Part shown: piece after piece, positions 14,401 through 26,400 of the stretch
Layout of the letters: the number at the start of each line of letters is the position of its first letter
Numbering within the stretch: the stretch's first letter is position 1
Assembly: GCA_024679065.1 (NCBI GenBank)
Contig: JAGIQG010000011.1
Location: 39,680,001 to 39,744,000, forward strand
Length of the DNA stretch: 64,000 nt
Direction of reading: 5' to 3'
From: Sphyrna mokarran
Taxonomy: Eukaryota
The notes under the pieces: generated by a model
What the model saw: only the letters and a program-made list of their open reading frames with translations
What the model was told of the DNA's origin: nothing
Databases searched by the model: none
Made by a program: the position numbers and the translations under genes

Positions 14401-17400
14401 TTGATAGGGATTTAAGGGAAAACTTTTTCACCCAGACAGTGGAACTCGTTGCCTGAAAGTGTGGTAGAGGTGGAAACCTTCATGATACGTAAGGAGTATT
14501 TAGATGATCATTTAAAACGCTGTAGCATTCAAGACTATAGACTAAGTGCTGGAAAAAGGGATTTTAATAGATAGTGCTTTATGGCTGATGCAAATCAGTA
14601 GTGCCAAAGTGCCTCCATCTGTTCTGCGGACTTGTATGACTCTAAGGTCATAGGGAGGTAGAGATATATAGATACACTGTGCTGAGTGGCAGACAGGGTG
14701 GTAAGGTCCCAGCTGGATAAAATGGAATGGTGGTATGGTGAAAGGGTGGGAGATTGACATAGTAGTAAGGCAGCAGGTTGGGTAGGTGGTGAGGCCTAGG
14801 GGGAGTCGAATGGTCAGGAGATTAGTTGGAGGGTCAGGGAAAATCAGAGAGTAAGTGGAGTTAGAGGACTAGGGAAGTTGAAGGCTCGAGAGGAGTCAGT
14901 GAATCAGAGGTGAATTAGAGAGTTGTGTGGGAGTTGATGGTTGGGGAGAGCTGAAGGGTCAGGGGAGTCAGGTGGTCAGTGTGGAGGAGTGTGGAGTGTC
15001 AGAGGATTGGGAGACTCAGAGGACCAGGAGCAAACTAGAGGATTGCAGCGTGTTGGAGAGTCAGGGTGAATCAGATGATCAGGGGCTTCTATCAGCTAGT
15101 GGAGGGGAATTCAGAGCGTAGGAATGAATTGGAGGGTCACAGATGAATATAAAGATCAGAATATATTGGATGGTCAGCAGTGTGTCAGAGAGACAGGGTT
15201 TATTCAGAGGGTTAGAAGTTTAACGGGGGATCATGAGGAATTTGGGAAGTTCGGGTCAGAGAAAGTACGGAGGTATTGAAAGGTCATGGGATATGGGAGT
15301 CAGGTGAGTCAGTATGAGTGATTATGTATAGTTACTCTGGAGTTTGAACTGTTTTCTTTCTGTTTGACATTTCCTGAGTAACAGATAAATAATCAAAATT
15401 ATCCAATCTCTCTTACTCCAGACGGTTTGGATTCGAGAATTGCCCAGTGTAAATCCAAACTTCCTGGAGAATCCCCACAGTCAGTGCATTGGGACATCTG
15501 ATGGGTCCCAATACGTATTATAAATGTTGGATAGGACCATCCAGAATTTCTGGCCCTATACATGCATTGCAGAAGGATTTAATTTAGCTTTACACAAAGA
15601 ATTATTAGAAAAATGAAACTTTGTGTTTAGATATTTGACAGGCAACCAAATTGAAGGCCTGAATTTTGCTGTCCCCCAGGAGATGTATTGGAAGGCATGG
15701 ATTGGGTAAAATCATGGGGAGCTGTGTATGATTAATTCCCTGATGTATTCGCAATATTGGGGCATTTTACCAACAATGGACTGAGGCAGTCTGTTCACTC
15801 TAAGTTCCAGAGTTAAAAGCCCAATTCACTGCATTTGGCATTTTATCTAAGGCAGTTGACTCCCACTTCCTGAGACTGCCAGATAATTTGAGGCTCTTCC
15901 CCACAAAGTGAGCAAAACATGGAAGGCAGACTCTGTAGCCAAAACAACCTCCCCAGAGCGCTGTCCCTCCAGCACGCATTCCTTCCACAATTTAAAAATT
16001 TGGCTTTACCTACCTGCCATGGCATTTGCCTGACGAAGACACAGAGTGTCGGAAGCTCGCAAATTTACTATCAAATAAATCGGTTGGATTTAAAATTGGT
16101 GTTGCTAGATTCTTACTGAGTTCTTACTACCCCAGTCCAACGCCGGCATCTCTACATCATCCCAGGTCCCAAGGCAGCTTCAGTAGAGAGTGCCACTCCG
16201 AATAGTGCTGCTAAACCGTTGGCCCTCTAATTGAGTGGCAGCTCATGAGGGTATGTCACCAGCATTAATAGGATGGCAGCTCATAAAATGCAGGAGGAAG
16301 TTCCATCAGTCACTCGTGCATGGTAGTGACACACATTTCCACCCGACATCAGGAACTCCACATTGCCCACCAAATTCTGGTCAATGTATTTAAAATGATA
16401 AATGGATTCAGTACAGTAGATTAAGAAAAGTTATTTTCTCTGATGGAAGAATCCACCAGAGAGATGGCAAGTGATTAGCACTGCTGCCTCATGGCACCAG
16501 GGACTCAGGTTCAACCCGGTCTCGGGTCACTGTCTATGTGGAGTTTGCACATTTTTCCCGTGTCTGCATGGGCTTCTTCTGGGTCTCAGATTTCTCCTGT
16601 CAGTTCAATGATGTGCGGCTAAGGTTGATTGGCCATGCTAAATTGACCCTAGTGATAGGGGATTAGCAGGGTAAATATATGGGCAATAAGGCCTGGGTGG
16701 GATTGTGATCAGTGGTTTGATGGCCAAATGATACCTGCATGGTAGGGATTCTATAAAACAAGAGTCACAATCTCAAAATTAGACCTGGATCATTTCTATG
16801 TTTGGAGGTGAAGTATAGAATTTCTAGGTTTGTAGGTGAAGTATAGAATTCCCTTCCCCTCAAAAGTTTGTGGATACTGAGACCACTGAAATTTTCAAAA
16901 CATCAACAGATTGTTGTTAGGTCAGGTTATAGGGTTTTGGCTTGAAGATGGATAGATTGAGTTGAAGCTAAGATCTGATCCAATGATGCAATGTTGCCAA
17001 AAGACTGAATGACCTATTGCTGATCTCATTATAGGACATAGCTAGTCTTTTCATCTTCAATTCTAACATTCCAAGTATAAATAAACTACATTTATATTAC
17101 ATTAAAATTGGCACAAACCAAGTGCACAATTTGCACAGTAGTTATAATAGCTACTTCAATTAGACAATGATCATTAAATAATCTCTTTGAAATTGGTTAG
17201 CCATTATATGTCACCTATGGTAAAGTACTTTATGTCAATTGTTAAGTTAAACTGTGTACCATCTTGAGGCCTCGCTCATAATAAGACATTGCAAACTATT
17301 ATTTAAACGACACAATGGTTTTAAAGTACACTTGTCAAAACTGAAAATTAAACTTATTAAACTTTTTTTGCCTCAACAGTACCACCAAATCTTGACTTAG

Positions 17401-20400
17401 GAGATTTCCCTGACCTAACATACATTGCCAAGGAGGGAACTACTGCCCGTATAAAGATTCCAATCAGTGGCAAACCTGTACCAAAAGTAACATGGAAGAA
17501 AGGTGAAGATGTGCTTCAGGAAACTGGAAGAATATCTGTGGAATCCACAGCAATTAGTACAATTCTCACAGTGCGAGATTGTCAAAAGAGTGATGCTGGA
17601 AAATATACAATCAACTTGAAGAATGTTGGTGGCACTAAAGAAGCTGCACTGTACATGAAAGTAGTTGGAAAACCTGGAATACCAACTGCACCTTTCCGTT
17701 TTGATGAAGTAACAGCAGATGCAATCACTTTAATCTGGGCACCTCCCAAGGATGATGGCGGTGCAGAAATCACTAACTATATTTTAGAAAAGCGAGATAA
17801 TGTCACCAATAAATGGGTGACAAGCGCATCTGCTGTACAAAAAATATCGTTCAGAATCACAAGGCTTCATGAAGGAAATGAGTATGTGTTTAGAGTCAGT
17901 GCTGAGAATAAATATGGAGTGGGAGAAGGTCTGAAATCTGACCCTGTGATAGCCAAGCACCCATTTGGTAAGCATCTTTTGCATTCTGCAACTAAACTTT
18001 AATTACAGTGCTACATTCAATTTGAAACTGAATGTTGTTTCTCTTTTTCCCTTCCTCAAGACGTGCCTGATGCTCCTTTGCCACCAGAGATAGTTGCAGT
18101 TAGACATGATTCTGTCTCCCTGACTTGGAAGGATCCAAAGAGAACTGGTGGCTCACCAATCACAGGTACAAAATCTAAGTTCTCTTTTTTGGCCAGTAGT
18201 TAAATTTATATAACTGCACAACATTTATTTGAAACTACTTTTTTGCACCAGGTTATCACGTTGAATATAAAGAAAGAAACAGCCTCCTTTGGAAGAGAGC
18301 AAATAAGGCTGTACTGAAAATGAAGGATCTTAGAGTGCCAGGCTTGACTGAAGGTCTTGAATATGAATTTAGAGTAATGGCAATTAACTTGGCTGGTGTG
18401 GGCAAACCTAGTGGACCATCACATCCTGTTACTACACTTGATCCAATTGGTACGTGAAATCCTTTGCACAGTTTTCCATTTCTTATTATTGTGCATTATA
18501 AATGACAAAATCAGTGCCTGACATAAAATGCTTTTATTTTCAGATCCTCCTGGAAAACCTGAAGTCATTAATGTTACCCGAACATCTGTGACCCTAATCT
18601 GGACTGAGCCCAAGTACGATGGTGGTCACAAACTAACTGGCTACATTGTTGAGAAACGTGATCTGCCTTCAAAGACATGGATGAAAGCAAATCATGTAAA
18701 CGTTCAAGAATGTGCTTTCACTGTTACTGATCTTACTGAGGGCTGTAAATATGAATTCCGTATAAGGGCAAAGAATGCAGCAGGAGCAATTAGTCCACCA
18801 TCTGAAACTACAGGAACCATTATCTGCCAAGACGAATATGGTGTGTAATTTTCTTTTGTTTAACCACATGATAAAAATAAAAAAGAGAAAAAAAAATCTA
18901 ATTCACTTTTTTCTTTTATACCCGCAGTGGCACCAACAATTATAATTGATCCGACCATCAAAGAAGGCTTAACAGTTAGAGCTGGTGATACTATTGTAAT
19001 TACTGCTACTAGTATTCTTGGCAAACCTCCACCAACATCAGTATGGTCTAAAGGTGGAAAAGACTTCAAAGTCTCTGAGATTGTTCAAATTGATCAAACT
19101 CCAACTTCCTCGACACTGTCTGTTAAATATGCTACGAGGAAAGATTCTGGTGAATACACAATCACTGCCAGTAATCCATTCGGCACCAAAGAAGAAAATG
19201 TGCGTGTGAAAGTGTTGGATGTCCCTGGTCCTCCAGGACCTATTGAAATAAGCAATGTTTCATCTGAGAAGGTCACACTTAATTGGTTACCACCAATAGA
19301 AGATGGAGGTTCTCCAGTTAAATCTTACACAATTGAAAAGAGAGAAACTAGTCGCCTTCTCTGGACTTTAGTTGCCGAAGATGTTCCAACCTGCAGATAT
19401 GTTGCAAGCAAACTTATACAGGGAAATGAATATATCTTCCGTGTCTCTGCCGTAAATCAGTATGGAACTGGTGATCCAGTGCAGGCAGAACCAGTTAAGA
19501 TGGTGGATAGTTTTGGTAATCACAGTCTTTTTTTAAATACTGATTAAAATAATAATGATTTAAAATGATATTACTTTTGTACATGGGTCTGATAGAAATA
19601 TAAACTTAATTTATGCTATCCCTCTTTCAGGTCCTCCTGGCCCACCTACAAAGCCTGAGGTTACCAATGTTACCAAAAATACTGTTACTGTTGGCTGGAA
19701 GAGGCCAGCCGATGATGGTGGTAGTGAAATCACAGGATACATTGTGGAACGTAAAGAAAGGAAAGGCCTGAGGTGGATTAGAGCAACGAAGAAACCCATA
19801 TCAGATCTCCGACATAAAGTAACAGGACTCAATGAAGGAACTGAATATGAATTCCGTGTCAGTGCAGAAAACAAGGCAGGCATTGGACCACCAAGTGATC
19901 CATCACTACCAGTACTAACAAAAGATGTAGCATGTAAGTATTAACATTGCACTATACCTTTCTCATTTTTGTGTTGGGTACATTATTCTGTGAAAATAAA
20001 CATACTTACTTGTATGTAATTGCATCATTTTCTTCCAATTTATACAGATGTACCTGGACCACCTTCGAACCCAAGAGTGGTTGATACAACGAAGAATACT
20101 GCTAGCTTGACTTGGGGAAAGCCCCACTATGATGGTGGCCTTGATATTATTGGCTATATTGTCGAACACAAGAAAGAAGGAGATGAGAACTGGGTAAAAG
20201 ACACAACAGGCACCGCACTCAGAATAACTGAATTTGTTGTTGCTAATCTTCAGCCAGGAGAAAAATACCGCTTCAGAATTAGTGCTGTCAATGCAGAAGG
20301 AGTTGGTGAGCCTGCACAAGTTGAAGATGTTATTGAAATTAAGGAACGTGAAGCAGCACCTGATTTTGAATTAGATGCTGAACTGAGAAGAACTCTTGTT

Positions 20401-23400
20401 GTCAGAGCTGGAGTGGCCATTCGTATTTTTGTACCAATCAAGGGACGTCCAACTCCTGATGTCACATGGTTCAAAGAAGACATCCCAGTTAAGGGTCGTG
20501 CAACTGTAGAAAACACAGATTCATATACATTCCTGCTTATCCCAGACTGCACAAGATATGATGCTGGAAAGTACACAATGTGCCTTGAAAATGTTGCTGG
20601 TAAAAAGAGTGGCTTTGTAAATGTGAGAGTCTTGGATTCACCAGGTCCACCCATAAATCTCCGAGCCAGAGAAGTAACAAAAGACAGCGTTACAATACAG
20701 TGGGATATGCCAATGATTGATGGTGGTTCACGGATAACCAATTACATTGTAGAAAAACGAGAATCAACTCGGAAGGCATACTCTACTGTCACAACCAATT
20801 GCCAGAAATGTTCACTCAGAGTTGTCAATTTGGCAGAAGGATGTGAGTACTTCTTCAGGGTAATGGCAGAGAATGAATATGGCATAGGTGAACCAGCTGA
20901 GACTACAGATCCTATAAGAGCATCTGAAGCCCCATCACCTCCAGAACGTCTGCACATTATGGATATAACAAAGCATACTGTTAGCCTAGCTTGGCCAAAA
21001 CCAGAACATGATGGTGGTAGCAAGATTACAGGATATGTGCTTGAGGCACAGAAGAAAGATTCTGAAAAATGGGTATCTTTGGCAACTGTGAAGACACTGG
21101 ATTATATTGCAAAGAATCTTACTGAAAATGAAGAATACACATTCCAAGTAATGGCAGTAAACGCTGCTGGGAGAAGTGATCCACGAGAAAGCAGACCAGT
21201 TATTGTTAAGGAACAAACAATGCTTCCAGAATTTGATCTACGTGGCATATACCAGAAACTTGTGATTGCAAAGGCAGGTGATAATATCAAAGTTGATATC
21301 CCTGTCCTTGGTCGACCAAAACCAACAGTCACCTGGAAGAAGGATAACCAGCCTTTGAAGCAGACCCAGAGGATAAATATTGAAAATACAGCAAACTCCA
21401 CCATACTTAACATCATTGAATGCGTACGAAATGATAGTGGCAAGTTTACATTAACAGCTAAAAATATACTTGGTGAAGTAAGTGACATCATCACAGTTCA
21501 GGTTCATGACATTCCTGGACCTCCAAAAGGGCCAATTAAATTTGATGAAGTTTCATCTGATTATGTATTGCTATCATGGGAACCTCCAGAAAATGATGGA
21601 GGAGTGCCATTGAGCAATTATGTTGTAGAAATGCGTGAGACCAACAGTACTACATGGGTAGAACTAGCAGCTACTGTAATACGTACAACATTTAAAGCTC
21701 CTCACCTTACCACTGGAACTGAATATCAATTCCGAGTTAAGGCTCAGAACAGATATGGTACAGGTCCTGCAATCTCTTCAGAGGCTGTTGTTGCAGCATA
21801 TCCATTTAAGGTGCCTGGACCTCCTGGAACTCCACAAGTTATTGCTGTTAGTAAGGATTCAATGACTATCACCTGGAATGACCCTGTTTCTGATGGTGGA
21901 AGTCCCATTTTTGGATACCACATTGAAAGAAAGGAAAGAAATAGTATACTTTGGCAAACTGTTAGTAAGTCTTTGGTTGTAGGCACCACCTTTAAATCAA
22001 CTGGACTTACTGATGGCATTGCATACGAATTCCGTGTTGTAGCTGAAAACATGGCTGGTAAAGGTAAACCAAGTAAGCCATCAGAACCTGTATATGCATT
22101 GGACCCGATAGATCCTCCTGGTAAACCAGTTCCACTCAACATTACTAGAAACTCTGTAACACTCTCCTGGACAAAACCTGAATACGATGGAGGCTTTAAG
22201 ATAACTGGTTACACAGTTGAAAAAAGGGATCTGCCTAATGGTCGCTGGCTTAAGGCAAACTTCAGCAATGTGATCGAGACTTCATTTACTGTTAGTGGTC
22301 TTAATGAAGGCGACACATATGAGTTCCGCATAGTAGCTCGTAATGCTGCTGGTTCAGTAAGCAAACCATCTGAGCCTACTGATGCCATTATATGCAAAGA
22401 TGATATTGAAGAACCCAGAATAATGGTTGATGCTAAGTTCAAGAGCATTTTACTATTGAAAGCTGGTGAAACGTTTAAACTTGAAGCAGATGTTAAAGGG
22501 CAACCTCCACCAACAATGGTTTGGACTAAAGAAGACATTGAACTTGAAGAAACAGGGAAACTAGAAATAAAGATGACAGATTTCTCCACTGTTCTAACAC
22601 ACAAAGAGAGTGTAAGAAGAGATGGTGGTGCTTACACACTTACTGCATCCAATCCTGGAGGAACAGCGAAACATGTTTTTAACGTCAAGATTTTGGATAG
22701 ACCTGGGCCTCCTGAAGGACCAATAGTAATTTCAGATGTCACAGCAGAAAAATGTGTGATATCCTGGTTGCCTCCACCAGATGATGGTGGTGCCAAGATT
22801 GAACACTATGTCGTTGAAAAACGTGAAACCAGTCGGCTTGCATGGACTAATGTGGCCACGGACGTCCAACTAACCAAATTAAAAATACCCAAACTTCTGA
22901 AAGGAAATGAATACATTTTCCGTGTAATGGCAGTAAACAAATACGGAGTTGGTGAACCTTTAGAATCAGATCCTGTTGTTGCTGCTAATCCATTTGTACC
23001 ACCTAGCCCACCAAAGAATCCTGAAGTTACAGCAATCACAAAAGATTCAATGGTAGTTTGTTGGGGACATCCTGATTCTGATGGTGGAAGTGAAATTACT
23101 AACTACATTATTGAGAGGCGTGACAAGACAGGAATGCGCTGGGTTAAATGTAATAAAAGAACTGTAACTGATCTACGATACAAAGTTGGTAAGCTCACAG
23201 AAGGACATGAATATGAATACAGAATCATGGCTGAAAATGCTGCTGGTGTAAGTCAACCCAGCTCTTCCAGCCCATTCTACAAAGCACTTGACACTGTATT
23301 CAAACCTGGACCACCAGGTAACCCAAGAGTGCTAGATACCAGCAGATCTTCAATCACTATTGCATGGAATAAACCTATCTATGATGGTGGTTCAGAAATT

Positions 23401-26400
23401 ACAGGTTATATGGTTGAAACAAGTCTCCCTGAAGAAGATGAATGGACAGTTGTAACGCCACAGAGTGGACTTAAGGCTACTTCATTCACAATCACTAACC
23501 TAAAAGAAAACCAAGAGTACAAAGTTCGCATATATGCTGTAAATTCTGAAGGCATTGGAGAGCCTGCACAAATTCCTGGAACTGTTAAAGCTGAAGAAAG
23601 GTTATTGCCTCCTGAAATTGAGCTTGATGCAGACTTGCGTAAAGTGGTAACTATAAGAGCTTGCTGTACCTTGAGATTATTTGTTACAATTAGAGGAAGA
23701 CCAACACCTGAGATTAAATGGGCAAGGGAAGATGGGGAGCCCCTAGATAGAGCTTCAATTGAAAATACAAGCTCATATTCCCTCTTAATCATTTCAAATG
23801 TGAATAGATTTGATACTGGCAAATATGTCATAACAGTAGAGAATAGTGGCGGTAGCAAATCTGCTTTTGTTAATGTTAGAGTTCTGGATACTCCAGGAGC
23901 ACCACAGAACCTTAAAATTAAGGAAGTTTCCAAAGACTCTGTTACAATTAATTGGGAGCCTCCAATCATTGACGGTGGTTCAAAGATTAAGAATTACATC
24001 GTGGAGAAAAGAGAATCAACACGGAAAGCTTACTCTACAGTGATTGCCAATTGTCATAAGACAAGCTGGAAGGTGGATCACTTGCAAGAAGGCTGCAACT
24101 ATTATTTCCGTGTTTTAGCTGAAAATGAATATGGAATAGGCCTTCCTGTTGAAACACCTGATTCAGTTAAAGCATCAGAGAGGCCACTACCACCTGGCAA
24201 AGTAACTCTTGTAGATGTGACAAGAAATAGTGCAGTTTTGTCATGGGAGAAACCAGAGCATGACGGAGGCAGTAGAATTTTAGGATATATCGTGGAAATG
24301 CAAAGTAAGGGCAGTGAAAAGTGGACAACGTGTACTACAGTGAAAATAACTGAAGCCACCATAACAGGATTGACACAAGGTGAAGAGTATATGTTCCGAG
24401 TGTCAGCACAAAATGAAAAAGGTGTCAGTGATCCCCGACAACTGGGCGTTCCTGTTATTGCAAAAGACCTTGTGATTGTTCCTACTTTAAAGCTTCTGTT
24501 TACCACATTCAGTGTGCTAGCAGGAGAAGACCTAAAAGTTGATGTACCATTTATTGCATGCCCTAAACCAACTATATCTTGGATGAAAGATGGTCAGCCA
24601 TTAAAACAAACGACAAGGATTAATGCTGACAGCAAAGACAATAAAGCAGTTTTGGTGATTAAGGAGGCCTGCCGTGAAGATGTTGGCCAATACAATATAA
24701 AGCTTACAAATACTGCCGGGGAAGTATCTGAAAATCTTAGCATTGTTGTGTTAGACAAGCCTGGGCCTCCAACTGGACCAGTCAAAATTGAAGAGGTCAC
24801 TGCAGACAGTATTGTCGTATCATGGCAACCACCAGAATATGATGGGGGCTGTCAAATCAATAATTACATCGTTGAGAAAAGAGATACTTCAACCACTGCT
24901 TGGCAGATTGTTTCTGCTACTGTTGCCCGAACAACTATCAAAGCTGTACGTTTAAAGACTGGTACCGAATATCAATTCAGGATTGCAGCTGAGAATCGAT
25001 ATGGAAAGAGCAGTTATCTTGTTTCTGAATCAGTTGTGGCACAATATCCTTACAAGGCCCCTGGTCCACCTGGTACCCCTTTCATAACAAGTGTTACAAA
25101 GGATAGCATGGTGGTGCAATGGAATGAACCTGTCAATGATGGTGGCAGTAGGATCCTGGGTTACCATCTTGAACGTAAAGAAAGAAACAGCATTTTATGG
25201 GTCAAGCTGAACAAGACAATTATTACTGACACAAAATTAAAGACCTCAAATCTTGAGGAGGGCATTGAATATGAATATAGAGTGTATGCTGAGAATATTG
25301 TTGGCATTGGCAAACCTAGCAAAGTATCTGAATGTGTAGCGGCTAGAGATCCTTGTGATCCACCAGGTCGTCCTGAAGCTATAATTGTCACTAGAAATTC
25401 AGTGACACTGCAGTGGACCAAGCCTGAATATGATGGAGGCAGCAAAATCACTGGCTACATTGTTGAAAAGAAAGAACTTCCTGATGGCCGTTGGATGAAA
25501 GCCAGCTTTACTAATGTCATTGATACTCAGTTTGCTGTCACTGGCTTGGTAGAAGACCAGAGATATGAATTCAGGGTAATTGCTAGAAATGCAGCTGGTG
25601 TATTCAGTGAACCATCTGAATCCACTGGTCCAATTACTGTTAGAGATGAGGTAGAACCACCTCGAATAAGCATGGATCCGCAATATAAGGAAGGTATTGT
25701 AGTACATGCAGGCGAATTATTTAAAATTGAAGCTGATGTTCATGGAAAACCAATACCTGAAATCCAATGGATGAAAGGAGACCAAGAACTTGAAAACACA
25801 GCTAGGCTTGAAATGAAAAATACAGATTTTAACACAATTTTGACTGTCAAGGAAACAATTCGTGTCGATAGTGGCCACTATACCCTTTTGGTAAAGAACG
25901 TAGCTGGTCAAAAGTCTGCTACTGTTAATGTGAAGGTACTAGACAGACCTGGACCACCTGAGGCACCAATTATTATAACTGGAGTAGGTGCTGAAAAATG
26001 TACATTAACTTGGAAGCCTCCAAAACAAGATGGCGGTAGTGATGTTTCACATTACATTGTTGAAAGAAGAGAAACTAGTCGTTTGGTCTGGACACTCGTT
26101 GAGTCTAATGTGCAGACGACAAGTTGCAAAGTTACCAAGCTTCTGGAAGGAAATGAGTATATCTTCCGTGTTATGGGTGTAAACAAATATGGTGTAGGCG
26201 AGGCACTTGAATCTGATCCAGTAATAGCAAAGAATCCATTTGTACGTCCAGATCCACCAAAGGCACCTGAGGTCACTACTATCACAAAGGATTCCATGAT
26301 TGTTGTATGGGGAAGACCTGCATCTGATGGTGGCAGTGAAATTCAGGGTTACATTTTGGAAAAACGAGACAAGGAAGGTATCAGGTGGACAAGGTGTAAC

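Larger units (their letters stand above)
15656..16382. mobile_element. Putative non-autonomous DNA transposon, about 730 bp
   Basis: ggcctgaattttg ... ccaaattctggtc imperfect TIR (10/13), similar in style to the MITE ends. Confidence 0.4.

Noticed and set aside
16465-16530. tRNA gene
   Set aside because: The A/B boxes belong to a SINE head followed by a V-domain; no intact cloverleaf is evident.
16806-16850. 17-bp direct repeat aggtgaagtatagaatt (and the aaaaatggttt tandem at ~52933)
   Set aside because: These are two-copy local duplications in intronic sequence; there is no array, so not CRISPR-like or clearly functional.
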